From Ginglymostoma cirratum (lineage: Eukaryota), in contig JAHRHZ010000092.1 of assembly GCA_024137785.1 (NCBI GenBank), forward strand, positions 4,639,200 to 4,703,199: a stretch of DNA of 64,000 bases. Direction: 5' to 3'. The translations under genes and the position numbers were made by a program. This document shows, piece by piece, positions 37,310 through 51,206 of this stretch (positions are counted from its first letter, which is position 1; each line of letters begins with the position of its first letter). Under the pieces are notes generated by a model. The model saw only the letters and a list, made by a program, of their open reading frames with translations, ran no database searches and had not been told where the DNA came from.

Positions 37310-37740
37310 TTTCAGCTTTATATTGTGAAGAAAGGTTGAACAGGTTCTGCTAATATCCATTGGAGCTTACAAGGAGAGATGATCTTATTGAAACTGATAA
37401 GATTCCAATGGGACTCGACTCATTGCGTCCTAGGAGGAAGTCTCTTCTTCTGCGCAAGTTGAAAGGACACAGATAAAGAATAAGAGGTTGCTTTTATGAT
37501 GGAGGGGAAGGGAATCTTTTTCTCTTCGAGGATTGCTAGTCAATCGAATTCACTTCCCCAGAAAGCAGTCGAAGCTAAGTTATTGAGTTTAGCATGGCTG
37601 AGTTAGCTAGATTTTTGATAGAGGAGTCAAGGGTTGTGGGGATCAGACAGGCAAGTTGACACCACAACCAGATCAGCAACATTCTTACAAATGGTGCAGC
37701 AGGCTTGCCCCTATATTTCTCTCTATGTGCCTATGAATGC
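37310..37740 (+). mobile_element. Degraded CR1 3' end
   Basis: gatcttattgaaac...cccagaaagcagtcgaagct...atggtgcagcaggctt. Confidence 0.7.
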
Positions 37741-37914
37741 GATGCAGTCCAACGGCCCCAGTACAATTACAAGAAATCTGTTCTCAGTGAGATGATATAA
37801 CCATTACAGCTATTACAACTATTTGAAGATTGTGAAAGTGAATTATGAAATAAATTAAAGATAGTGATAAAGGTGAATGATCATTTCTCTCATTTTGAAA
37901 TTATATTATTGTAC

Positions 37915-37974
37915 CTTTCCTTGCAAGTGGAGATTTCCCTGAAGAAACTCTCTTACTTCTTCATCTGTATCTTT
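37915..37974 (-). CDS. RYR1: RYR1 exon (~72), 60 nt
   Basis: tgacag|AAAGAT...GGAAAG|gtacaa; KDTDEEVREFLQGNLHLQGK. Confidence 0.96.
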
Positions 37975-39345
37975 CTGTCAGGATTGTAAGAAAGTAGACA
38001 GAGTAGATCAGTGCCACAGCAAAGCAGTAAACTTTTGATTGGCATAAAAACAATACTTCTGCTTGAAAAACCTATGAAAAAAGTAAGTTTCCTTTCTGAC
38101 TTCTTTCCAAGAAGCTGAATGTGTTTTGTATTGGATATTCACCCATATAAAGCTGTAGTTTTTAATCTGATCCCAATTTTAAAATCTAGAATTTTTCCCT
38201 CCATTTGAATTTTAAAATTCAATACAATATATATTAAGCACTTTAGCATTTGTTTTATAACATACAAAAAAAAAAAAAAATTTACAAATCTTGCTCACTC
38301 AGGGAATGTTGGCTAGTGGCAAGGTCACATCTCTGCAGTACCATAACTGACTTATTTAAATATGGCTCTGTAATTATGCGTGCTATTGATGAATTTATTA
38401 GAGAAAATACTTCCGAGGATTTATTGCCATCACTATTACTACCGTATCTGTTAGATGATGCAATAAACCTTTCAACACTTCCACTGAACAGACTAAATTG
38501 CCTCTCCTTCGAAGATACTGACTATGTTGTTCACAAGGTGAATGCTAGTACCTTCCTCCAGTAACCATTCTTCCAGGATGGTGATAAGTCAACTGCAGAA
38601 GGTATCATAACAGAGTCTGATCCATTCCTTTTCCCCTAACGTCCACATAACACAGCTTTCCTAGTGATTCCATTTGATACTTTAAATAGTTCAATATTTT
38701 TATCTCTTCATCTTAAAAAATCCTGTTGTTTAAGAAAAAGCTTGACATATTTAAGGAATTATTTTACAGTCTTGCTATAAATAGTGAACAGTTGAAAGAC
38801 AAAACTTGACATTGTCCATAGTGTTTTTGCTCAAACTTTTCTAATATTTCCTAAGTGCTCATGTTTAATTATATGTTTCAATGCATATATTTGTTTGTTT
38901 ATGGTACAATGACCAAAAGCAAGAAAATCTTTTCTGTATGCCCAACTTAGCGTATTGCATTAGCATTTGGTATCTTGTATTTTACAGTTCTACCTGTACA
39001 ATCTAGTAGTTAACTAACATTTAATTGATTCACAACACAGTCAGACCATTGAAAATGATGGATCGACAATTATTACTTAACTGAGAACAAAAGACATATT
39101 GTTAGATTTTTTAATCTTGCACTCATCAGAATAGGTGCAAGAACACCACATTTCAGAAGGGGCAACAATTTACACTACATGGAAATAAGGTGCAGTCAAG
39201 CTTCGGAAGCCTGATTCTTTTTGCAGCAATATATAGGTTCTACCCTACCAGCAACTATTTCATGACTTCTTTCTAAACAAAAGCAAATGGAAATATCATC
39301 AAGAATTTCATACATATAAATATATACTGAAAATTCTGCACTTAC

Positions 39346-39516
39346 CAGGGCATATCTTGTTTTGGCTATGTTAATCAACTCTTGATCAGCAGGTGAACAC
39401 ATGTTCAAGCCAATAGGAAGCATTTTTTTAAGGGTTGCTACAATCAGTGATGTCTGAACGGAGTAACGGTCCCCTCTTTTCTGCTTTTTTGTTCTTTCCT
39501 GGTCTGACCCTCCAGA
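39346..39516 (-). CDS. RYR1: RYR1 exon (~71), 171 nt
   Basis: cttcag|TCTGGA...GCCCTG|gtaagt; [57 protein letters not shown]. Confidence 0.97.
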
Positions 39517-41009
39517 CTGAAGTTAACAGTGAAAATGGTTTACAAAATCATATTCAAATCATATACAGCATCATTAATTGGCTAACAGATTAGGTACAAA
39601 TCCAAAGTTGCAGGTGCAAAAGTATGTTATCAAAAAGAACTGTCTGTGCACACAACTATATACTTATGAAACACCTCCCACAGGTGTTGCACTTGAAAAG
39701 AAATATACAGGACATTACACCAATGCTGGTTACCCTTTCATGAGTGTTGATATCCTTCAATATTTGAGCGTAACTGAAATTTAAGTATAATAAATAACCA
39801 TCATCTGGTAAGATAATCAATATATTTTATAGGCTTATTTGGAATTAAAAATGTTCTGGGAATCACAGCTATTGGTGATGCTTTCATCTGGGTGTAACAT
39901 TTTTATCTGAATAATTGGGAAATGTCCGTCATATACACTACAAATATAACAATAATGCCCATATAACAGATATTTATACAGGGCTTGAGATAAGAATTCA
40001 AATAACAAATAAATTCAGCTTTTGATCAACAATAAATTTGTCACTAGATTATTTACAAACCTGAAGAAAAATGGTAGGTTCCAAAACAGCCTGAAGTCAG
40101 CCGCAGTCTCCTATCTGAACCCCTGTTTATATACACAATATCACACATGCATTCACTCATGATTATGGGCATAACATAGACTTTAAACACCTGCAACTTT
40201 GGCCAGGAGAGGTGACAATGTTTTTCCTCTGTTGCTTTCCTCTTAATCTATTCAATGTATAGGTTATAGTGCCACATCCCCATAGGCACCAACTTCTCTC
40301 CATTCCTTCATCCAAGTGAATCTCTGAAATGAGTGTCAATGGGTTATTTAGCCATAGGTGTACAATACTTGAGCCTGAACCAGTTCTCATTTGACAAATA
40401 TACTCTCCAGTGGAGTTTAGTGAAAATTAATTGGAGCAACAACTCTTAATTCCTCAAGGCGTGAGCATCAAGACATAATTATTGAACCTGGGCTGAAATC
40501 GGCTAACTGAACAGAATTAGAAATAAATTTAGACACCAGTGGGGAACCTTCAATTCAGATCAGAAGAGAAGCAGCTGCAGAATGGCCCACAAGAGGTAAA
40601 TTTCCTTTCTGGGGCCACAACAAGCTGAGCTCCTTCAAGCTCCACAAGGAAAGATGAAGTCTCATTCCCTGCCCTTCCATTCCTGAACACAAGACCACTG
40701 TAACATGTCCTCTCAGCTTCAACCAATAGGTCAACATGTAGTTATGGCCTGACTGACTTTCCACTGGTAAGCAGTCGCCTCCCAGTGCTTATTTCCTGGT
40801 TACTTTAGTAAAGATAGCTCCTTGTGGGTCTAGGAGGAGTTTTACTTCTCCTGGTCCCAGAAAGGAAATTTACCTTTTGTGGTCTCCTGGAGATGATCTA
40901 CTTCTGCATGAGTGGAACTGTAGGAAAGGTGCTGCAGATTTCCCACTTGGGTATAATTTACTTCTAGATATGTTCAGCTAGCCAATCACAGTCCAGAGTT
41001 CAAAAACTT

Positions 41010-41565
41010 TAGAACACAGAAGTGTACAACACAGGAACGGGCCCTTCGATCTATGATGTTGCGCCGAACATGACGCCAAACAAAACTAATCCCTTCCGTC
41101 TGCCATTGGTCAATGTCCCTCCATTCCTTGCATATTCATGTGTTTATCTAAAAGTCCTTTAAATGCTCCCATTGTATTTGCCTCCACTACCAACCCTGGC
41201 AGTGCACTCCAGACTCCTATCACTCACCGTGTAAAAACTTGCCCCTCACGTCTCCTTTGAAATGTTCTCCTCTAATCTTAAAAGCATGCCCCCTAGTATT
41301 AGACATTTCAACTCTGGGAACAAGATTCTGATCGTTAACCTTATCTATGCATCTCATAAATTTTATAGTCTTCTATCATGTCTCCCCTCAGCCTGTACTG
41401 CTCAAGAGAAAACAACCAGAGTTTTTCTAGCCTCTCCTTATAGCTCATACCCTCTAATCTAGGCAGAATCCTGGTAAAACCTCTTCTGCACCCTCTCCAA
41501 AGCCTCCACATCCTTCCTGTAATGGAACTGAAAGCAATACTCTAAAAGCGGGCTAACCAAAGTCT
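41010..41565 (-). mobile_element. CR1 LINE 3' end
   Basis: LVSPLLEYCFQFHYRKDVEALERVQKRF; 3' UTR closely similar to 63490-63835. Confidence 0.88.
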
Positions 41566-44429
41566 TATGTTTTGATGCTGATAGCCTTAATGAATTCAAA
41601 TCGCCTAGGCGTAATTTCTGCAGATGTTTCCAACTCACCTTGCTACCCAAAAGGTGTGTGGGTTAGGGCTGAAGTTGATGTATAAAATCCAGAAGGAAAA
41701 AACCCCAATAAAGCTGCTGAATGACATGGACTGGTCTGACTCATCTTGTATACTTCAAAATGGAGGAGCAGTTAAAAAAAGTACAGTTATTTCAAAGTAC
41801 CATTTTTTTAAAAACTAGCTTTCCCTCTGCAGAAAATGATCTTATTGATCTACAATCCCACACTGTGCTGGTTCAGATCATTACTGCTTTTTAATTCTCA
41901 CATCAGTTGGGCTAATTTTATCTTGGAGCATAATACAGCACAAAGGGTACAAAATATGCCAGAAGTGTACAGGCATGTTGACAACTTTAGGTGCCTGGGC
42001 CTAATTGCTACTTTTCCAGGAGAGTTGCCTGCCTGGACCTGGTGGCATTGACCTGTTAGTGACAGGTCATTTAACCACGAAACGGGAAGACACCGAGAGG
42101 CAGGGCATGGGGTAAAGCTTTTTTTGTTGGGCATAGTGGAAACACTCCAGCCTCTCTCTGCCCTGCAAATAAACCAATTAAAATGTACCAGAGTTTATTT
42201 CGCTCAGCTTCAACCAGCCCTGAATTGTCTTGATACCAGGTTTCCCAGCTTGACTGTCCCTATATACAAATCTTGGAATTAAAATAATGGGGATCTGAAT
42301 AATGCTACCTGACCAAATGCACCCGTCCTGAGACCCAGGTTAAAATATTGGGTGGTTGCACTGCAGTACCACTAGGATGTTACATGTTCTACCCTCTATT
42401 ACAACTCCCCAAATGCTCTGTAATTATCATGTCATGGAAACACAAATGCTGGCAATATGAAGGTGAAACAGAAAACAAAGAAAATGGTCAGGTGGTGAGC
42501 TACCCAAATTCTCCTTTTGGATGCTAACGACTTGCATTTTTATCACTGTGTTTTATAGTATAATTGAACTGTGGTTTTATATTTCAAAAATATTTCTAAA
42601 TATTGACGCAATTAGGATAAAACAGTGGTTGCGCAACAATTACATAGTTATTGAAACTGTTGCTATGAAGATTCAGGTTTTGGCTAAATAAGAGTATGTC
42701 TGCACATCCATCAAAATTTGGAAAAGAACAATGATAGTATGAAAGTTGTTACGTGGTTTGAAAACCAAATATTTTGGTTGATGAACGATGGGGATGAATT
42801 AGTGTCTAATGGCAGTGCAGAACAGGAGATTAGAAATTGGCATCTTGTTTGAGACCCTGTTTTCAGACCCTTATCTTTTCAAGGGCACCTGCACTGCCCA
42901 TGGATTTGTCAGGCCACATGGCCTTTCTCTGTGCCATATATTTCATGTAACAGAAAAAAAGCAGGCTGCTGGTTCATTAGAGCTGTTGTGTTGCAACAGC
43001 CACACATCAATTTCACCCTTTGTACTTTAGAATTGCAATTGAAAGTAATTACATATAATACAGCTAAATTGAGAGCTGAAAGTTCAAGCATGTAATTCAG
43101 TTAAAGTTTGCTTAGTTCACGTTTTCTTGATAAATGTATCTGTAAAAATTGATAGTACTGAATTGATTAAGTTTGGTTTAGTGATCCACAAGTCTTTTGT
43201 GTGTTATATTGTAGATTTAAAGGTAGAGTAGTGCTGACTCTTTGAAAACGAACTTAACTGTAAAGGCCAGGTAGCACTCTTCAAATATCTTTATGTATAT
43301 GTTAGATCAAACTCTACAACATCTAAAACATTTACTCTAGCAACAGGCATAACTTTATTCAGTCAAACCACGGTAGCTAAACTGGGAGTCAACTGCATTA
43401 CTTCGTATTGTATACATAATTCCTGAAGCACCTTAGATGATTAAATGTGCAACTGTGACAATAATATTTAATTAATTTCTTTGGAAACAGAAATTAAACA
43501 AGCAGCAATCCCCAATGTCATGAAATTTTAAGAATTTGTCATTAAGGAGCAATGAACAGTTCAGGCTTGCACTCTTCAGTTGGAAAAAACCTTAACATTG
43601 TTTACATTATGTCCTGCATTTTGGTTTTAAACCAAATTGAGGACGTTACTGTTTATACAGAGAATTTGCAGTGTTTTATTCAAAAAAAAGTTAATACTCC
43701 AAGAAGGTATTAGAAAATCAAATAATTAATTACTTAAAGGACAAGTCAAGCTTGAATTGCTGTCAAATTCCTATTACTCATTTTGTGCGATCTAGGCACG
43801 TGAAGGCTGTTAACTGTATGATAACTACAGTAATAGGGATTTTTAAAATCTTGTTTTTTTCTCTGTAGTTAAATGCACTTAGTCCTACTTTGAGTACTAA
43901 TTATGGATTCCTAACTCAATATTTTTTGTGCCTTTTTACATCATTATTGCAGCCTACTGTTCTGACAAATGGCATTCAGAAAGTATGTTCATTGCCAGGA
44001 ATATCAATACAGCATGCTATGGTGTAATCCCTAATTTGTAAAATTTAATCACAAGGATTAAACATAATTTAAAATAGTAATATAGAAGCCAGTATATTCA
44101 ATTAACTTAGATCTTAAATAGATTTAAAAGTACTAAAAGTTTGGCCTTTTCATTGAGCTATTTCTCTCTTAAGTATACCTAATTTAGAGTCAAAGCATCC
44201 CACACAATAGTGGTCTGTAAATGCATTAATGTATTAAATTTCATATCTGGCATTTTCACAACATTCGCCCATTTATTTTACTTTGTAGGATATGAACAAT
44301 GTCATTGCAGTCTAATTGGCATGACTTACATGAAGTGTCAGACAGTAGTCTACCCAATTCTGCTTTTTGATAGGTCATTAATGGCTAGTAGCAAAGTTAT
44401 AAAATCCTGAAGCTAGTGTTGATCTTTTG

Positions 44430-44900
44430 ATATATTCATTCACGGGATGTGGATGTCACAAGCTGTGCCAGCATTTACCATGCTTCCTTAACTGCCCAGA
44501 AGAGGGCTGTGACGTGCCTTCTTGCAATCCTTGGGGTATAGGTCACCGCAGGGCTGCTACTAAGGGAGTTCCAGGATTTTGACCAGCAGCAGTCGAAGAA
44601 CAATGATATAGTTCCAACTCAAGATGGTACATGGCTTAAAGGAGAACTTGTAGGTGGTGTTTGCAAGCTTCTGCTGTCCTAGTCCTTTTAAGGCATTTAG
44701 ATCACAGATTTGGAAGGGGCTGTTGAAGGAGTCCTGGTGAACTTTGACTGTGTATCTTGTAAATTGTAAACACTGCTGCCACTGCATATTAGTACAGAAG
44801 TGAGCGAATACTAAAGGTGGTGGATTGGGTGCCAATCAAGAGGGCTGCTTTATCATGGATGCTGTCTCTTGAATGCTCTTGAAAATAATTCACTATCACC
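44430..44900 (-). mobile_element. LINE 3' fragment (tail shared with the 26330 SINE family)
   Basis: attcattcacgggatgtgg...agggagttccaggattttgacc; related to 55600-56900 and 34290-34470. Confidence 0.6.
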
Positions 44901-45454
44901 ATCCAATTTCTATAGTTAGAGAAATAAAACAGTCTACTTTCTACATGCACTACAATGAGCTTAGATGCAGTCCAAGCCTTCATACATTTGGAATTTTTAA
45001 AATCACATTCAAAAGACACTTCTACCAATGTGAAATCACAGGGTAAAAAAGGTCTTTGGGACCAGCGTGGGATTAAGATATTTGGTAGAGGATTGTGACA
45101 CTTAACCAACCAAATTGATGTATTTAGATCAAGCTAAAAGGAAATGATTAGCTTCACTGAGGAAAAACTAGAACAATGCCAGGTTAAAGAATAAATAATT
45201 GTGCCCTGTTGTACTGAGAAGCTTGCAACTGATTTTGTGGCTTAAGAATTCTGCTAGGGCTGAGCAAAGTGGATGCTGAATTTCTCCAAGCATTGCCTTT
45301 TTTATTCTTTGAGTGAAATTAGACTCTAAAGCAGAAAACCCATGCTGTTCATTGGAAGGAAAACACACTCAAGGGTTAATGATCCTTTTAATTTTCACAC
45401 TTGCTCATGTAACAACAGGCAGAATGCTACAACAGGCATTTACCATCAAGAATA

Positions 45455-45860
45455 AATGAATCACAAAAATTCAGTATATTAGTATGCAGGTGAAGCAGGT
45501 AATTAGGAAGGTAAATGGAACCATTGCAATTTTTTGCAAGTGGAATGGAGTATGCAAGTAGGGAAGTATTGTTACACTTGTGCAGGGACCTTGTGAACCC
45601 GTGTCTGGAATACGGCATACAGTTTTTGTCTCCTAACAGAAGGAAGGATATAACTGCATTTTAAGCTGTTTAGAGAAGGTTCACTCAACTGATTTCTGGA
45701 GTGAAAATTTTGCTTTATAAAGAGGAGTTGAATAGGCTTCAGTTCAGTGGAACAACAGGTGATCATACTGAACCATGAAAGATCTTGGATACTGAGAAGA
45801 TGTTTCCTCTTGTGAGGGAGTCCAGAACTAGCAGACACAGTTTATGAACTAGAGTTTCCT
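45455..45860 (+). mobile_element. Degraded CR1 fragment
   Basis: ggaatggagtatgcaagtagggaagt...ctggaatacggcatacagtttttgtctcc. Confidence 0.7.
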
Positions 45861-47717
45861 GAGGTATAGAACTCCAGTTGGTTAGTATTAAACTGACAAT
45901 GTGAGGCTCCTAGCCTCATTACAACATTTAAGTGAACTCCCCCACACCCTGGCATGGATTGACTGCCACCCTTTGATCCAAAACCCGTTAAACCCAAAAA
46001 TGGTTGGGTCAGGGTCAGGTTCGGGACTTGTATAATATTGTATATCTCACCCTACCCTAATCTACCTGCTTTTGGATGTTAAATTACTTTCAAAATGCTC
46101 ACGAGTGAGATCAGGAACAGAAGGCGGCCATTCAGGTCTTTGTGTCTGTTCCATCACTAGTCAATGAGGTTGTGACTGATCCATCTCTTAACTCGATCAG
46201 CCTGCTTTAGTCCCATAACCCCAATCTCCTCACCAGCAACTCAGACGGAGTAGGCAGCTGAGGCGAAAAGAACAATTATCAATTTTCAGAATTTCGTGGT
46301 GTCAAGTCAAGTCTACTCCTGAAAACAGGGCAATTTCCACTCCTTGGTGCCGTGAGTTGAAACAATGTATCTTTCCCACTTCCATTCTTCATACTACATA
46401 TATAAAGAACCTTGGGTTGTAAAGAACACTCTGATGCTATGTTCATACCTGTATAACGCAGTCTAAACTTAATGCAATATGCCTACTTTCCAGAAGACAA
46501 ATCCTTGTGCAACATATGGGGCAAAATCTGCTTACAAGAATCACTGTGAATGGAGTGACACACAATGGTCTGTATCAATCTGAAATGTCAACAAGCAGTT
46601 AAAGTCTCACATAATTTTTGGAGCAGGTTTTGAAAATGTCCTGAAAACATGATCAATGTGTTCAACATGCAAAGACAGCAACCATAGGCCTATTGGTTTT
46701 TAGGTGAAATGCAATGAATAGCTATACAATATGTTATTGATCATTAAAACCCACTTCGGGGGTGAAATTCTTTGTCAGTGGTGCTGTATGAATAACCGTA
46801 AATTAGCTGTCCCCCTGATAATCCAAGTTTATTTTCTTTACTGTTAAAGTTACCCTTATTTCATCAACATATTTGGTGTAACGTCAGGAAAACAAATGGC
46901 ATAAATATCTAAATATGAGGAGATGTTCATGCATTTTATAGTAATATAGAAGTTTATAAATTGATGCTTAACATCATATAAATAGCCTCTGATTCGTTGG
47001 TCTACATGCAGAAAAAAACTTACTATAGTGAGAGTTGGTTGTTAAAAAGCTTGATCATTGTTGGAACAGGTTTACAAAGAATTGGGCCACGCTTTTTTTA
47101 AAAAAAAAACATTTCTGCACCTCAATGTTCTTCTGCACATAGAAAGAGCTGCTGTTGAACTAACGTAGTTACTTGGAATTGCTTTGATGAGAGACCACCA
47201 CCTGAGCCACTCATCATCCTGACTTGGAAATATATTACCGATAATTCAGTGTTGCTGGATCAAATTCCTGGATCATCCTGCATGACTGCTGGTGTTCCTA
47301 TACCAAATTCAAGGTGGCAGCTCTACACGACCTTTCTAAATGCAATGATGGATAAACAGTAAATGTTGACCGAGCCAGCGAAACCCATATCTCACGGATG
47401 AGTAAAACAAAGAAATGGGAGTAGAAATATGAAGCTCAATGAAAAGTGCTGAATGCTGGTAGATCACAGAGTAATTTATGCCCATTCTGTAAGGACATCA
47501 TAATATGAGAGTTATACCTGCCTTTTTTTGACATTGACCAAATAGTGGCCTACATGACATAAACTGGGTGTTTAAGCAATTATTCTGGGTTAAAATATTA
47601 CTTGGCTTATTCAATAATGTGATTATGGGATTGGTCCTTGGGTTTGTAAAATAGTTCCCTGTCAGGAGCTTATACCTGAAATGATCCCGGAGTTTTATAA
47701 TGTCATTCTTTTTTGTT

Positions 47718-48065
47718 ATTTATTCAGGATGTGGGCATCGCTAGCTAGACCAGCATTTATTGCCCATCCCTATTTGCCCAGAGGACAGTTAAGAGTCAGC
47801 CACATTGCTGTGGGTCTGGAGTCATCTGTAGGCCAGACCAGGTAAGGATGGCAGTTTCCTTCCCTGAAGGACATTAGTGAACCAGATGGGTTTTTCTGAC
47901 AATCAACCATATATTCATGGTCATCATTAGACATTTAATTCCTGATTTTTATTGAATTTAAATTCCACTAACTGCCACACAGGACTCAATCTCAGCTCCC
48001 CAGAACATTACCTGGGTCTCTAGATTAATAGTTCAGTGATAAAACCATTAGGTCATCACCTTCCT
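47718..48065 (-). mobile_element. tRNA-derived SINE
   Basis: Reverse complement of the 26330 family, full length. Confidence 0.85.
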
Positions 48066-48077
48066 TTGGAGATTCTG

Positions 48078-48325
48078 GATTCAATTAAAAATGTGGAATT
48101 AAGGGTCTAATGATTACCATGAAACCAATGTCAATCATTGGAAAAAACCCATCTAGTTCACTAATGGCCATTAGGGCAGGATTGTGCTGTCCTTACCTGG
48201 TCTGGCCTACATGTGACTCTAGATCCACAGCAATGTGGCTGACTCTTAACTGTCCCTTGGGCAATTAGGGATGGGCAATTATTGTTGGCCTAGCCAGTGA
48301 CGCGCACGTCCCATGAATAAAACAA
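48078..48325 (+). mobile_element. 5'-truncated SINE of the same family, adjacent and opposite in orientation
   Basis: ggaattaagggtctaatga...ccttacctggtctggcctacatgtgactc...cccatgaataaa. Confidence 0.85.
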
Positions 48326-49258
48326 AATCAGCTATCCTTGTGTTACTCAGTCCAAATAAATTTCAAGTTTGCTTGTAAACATGTTAACAAACACTGCAAA
48401 TATATTGAACAGTTTACGTTGTTTAATTATCTATAAATTCAAAAGTTCTGTTGAAAGATAATGAAGTTGAAACATTAACTCCGTTTTTTCATAGATACTG
48501 CCTGGCTTCTGAGTATTTCCAGCATTTTTATTTTAAACTAAAAGTGAAACTTTTGGTTCTTGAGAGCACCCCTTCACTCCCTGGTTCTTTGATTACTGAA
48601 TGAGAGACTTTATATTTTGTTACTTGTATATTTACAAATAATTATTTTTGTTATTAATTTCTAACTCAGACATTATAAGGTGAACACATTTTAAAACAAA
48701 AACTGACATAAAACAATTCTAATTTTGCTAACGATTGAAAGCAACATGCTAGGGCTGACAACCAAAGCATTTATCAACACTTGCAGTGGCTTTCGCAGAT
48801 CATTACAGGTTTAATATCCCCTCCAATCGAGTAAATATATTGATGCTGAGGCCTGTTCAAGACTTAATAGAGCTGTTTTTAAATTTGCTTGCCAGTGGCT
48901 GATGGCTGTCTTAATTTAACAGCTAAGCCTAACATTGTATAGCAAGTCACACTTAGTCTATTCTGTCACCAGTCTGAAATTTGCTTAATTAGACAGTGGC
49001 TTCTGAACAACAATTTTTGGCTTCCCAGAGCAAATTTTACCAACAAATGCCAGCAGCCTTTGATCTGTCTAAATGTTACAAATATAATGATATATTATTT
49101 AAATCAATAAAACACTTTCCAATTCCATGAGCCTGGTGATAGAAACTAAAACAGCATGGCTAATCAGAGGGCCTTAGCAGGAAATCTGGGGGAATGCCAT
49201 CAGCAGTGCGAAGCTAGCTGCACAGCGGATGCATATTTATATCATCATGCCCTCTGAC

Positions 49259-49276
49259 CTGTCCATCCTCTCCAGC
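49259..49276 (-). CDS. RYR1: RYR1 alternatively spliced microexon ASI (~exon 70), 18 nt
   Basis: tgaatag|GCTGGAGAGGATGGACAG|gtcaga; phase 0-0; AGEDGQ versus mammalian AGDIQ; lies between the SKMSK and SGGSDQ exons. Confidence 0.8.
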
Positions 49277-51074
49277 CTATTCAGGCAGACACGACCGCAG
49301 ATATGAATATGCCAGAAAAAAGATACGAAATTAGCAGATTATTAGTGAATTTACTTGTTTCCAAACCACAGCATTGGTGTTGTAAAATACGGCAACATAT
49401 CAAACCTATATAGAATACATGAAATACACAACACAAATCTAACTAGCAGCTTCAGCTGGAAATTTAGAAAAACACCTTTGGCCTTGAGACCTTGTAAGAT
49501 ATACCAGTTTTTGAACTGAATTCCATAAATACCCAACACGTAAACAAAAATAATACCCCAGATTTCAAATTCAACACAAATTAATCTCTCATAATTGAGT
49601 TGCAGTTGAATTGTCAGATATTTAATTCTTCAGTAGGAAGTTACAGTACACTGTCCAAGGGTAAAAGAGTTCAGTAATCGATTTGAAGTGTTCCATTAAT
49701 ATAGCAATCCCAGTAAGATTCTGAACCTCACACTCGTGGATTATTTGCACAGCAGCGATGAGTGCATCATTGATGAATTTTGCATCATCTTAAAACAGCA
49801 GCATAATTTGGGGCAGATGCTATTAATCATAGCAGGAACCAAGGCTTAGGAGGAGAAAAGGGTAACATTTCCGAAAACTGTTGACATATTTCTCAAACTG
49901 CACTGATAATTGCATGACTGGGAGTGGAGAGAAGGGGTGCAGTGGTATTGTTGTTGGACTACGATTATCTGAAGAGAAAAAGCTTGTTGGAATAAGTGAA
50001 AAGGATGAGGGGTTTGGATTAGCTGAGTTGCTCTTGCAGAGAGTCTGTGTGGACATGTAGAGCTGAAATCTCCTGCTGTGCTGTGATTATTTGACTTCAT
50101 ACTTATCATTCATATTCTTCGACTCACATTAGACTTTCTCACGTCCCATGTTCAAAATTCAGCAAGATTTAGAATGTGATTATAATTGTTATTACTCCAG
50201 CACTACAAATATCCTTACCTGACTTGGAACTTCAGAATTCCTTTCTGTTTTGATACATAAAAATGAGTTCTATGGGACAATACAATTATGACTAAAATAA
50301 TTTGTCAAATAACTTAACTTGTTGAAATAAACAGTCCTCAAAACTGACTGTCGGCAAATTGTGAAAAAGGAAACTTGGTTTCTTCTCTAAAATGGGAAGT
50401 GGCGGCCAGGAGGATTTGGTAGCTGGTTAAATGTTTAGAATAGCTTATGGTTAAAAAAAATTCAAGGCTAAAACTAAAATAAAAGATGGAGCAATGAAAA
50501 ATGAGAGACTGGGAAGGAGAATTATATAAAAAAAATGCAGATTGTGTTTTGAATCTTTCACTTAGTTCAGTGTAGTTATTATTGCTACATATAAAAGCTA
50601 TGTTTGATATTTGAGAGCAGTCTTATGACTATAACATTGGTGTGCATTTCAACATCTCAGTTTGGAATTTCCATCAACTGCTACCATCTGAAAAGTTAAT
50701 TTTACTGCATTGAGCTTAACACCTAGAAAACAAAATTGAAGATTTTACAGGATGATGTGGTTTAGTGTACTGTACTGATCTGAATAAAAGATTGAATGCG
50801 ACCTTAAAGTAAATCATATTATTTTAACGCCTGCAAGAAAAAAGGTACAGTATAATCATTAGCCTCTAGGTGACTGACATTTCTCAACATCAAAAGTAAG
50901 TGGATGGATTTTATTTAAAAATTTATCAAATGAACACCTTTGCACTCAGCTACGCCTAGTCACTTGCATTAAACTGTACTGCACTTCAACATGGTGGTGA
51001 AATATAACAGATTAAACTGTATCTCCAAAGCATTTCTACAAATCACTGCTTCACTTGTTTAGCCGAAAATCCTA

Positions 51075-51206
<132 letters not shown>

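Noticed and set aside
40487-40501. 15-nt AG..GT segment encoding PISAQ
   Set aside because: Weak donor (gttcaa), no similarity to AGDIQ, and it sits in repeat-like sequence.
46449-46462. 14-nt segment ending TATACAG|gtatga, like the human ASI end
   Set aside because: Not a multiple of three and poor pyrimidine tract.
50219-50244. 26-nt segment with consensus donor CAG|gtaagg
   Set aside because: Frameshifting length, weak acceptor and no similarity to RyR variants; consistent with chance.
50803-50830. Strong acceptor (ttttttcttgcag|GCG) as a possible ASI exon
   Set aside because: 28 nt with an in-frame stop (ALK*) and a weak donor; the 49259-49276 exon fits ASI far better. A poison exon cannot be excluded but has no other support.
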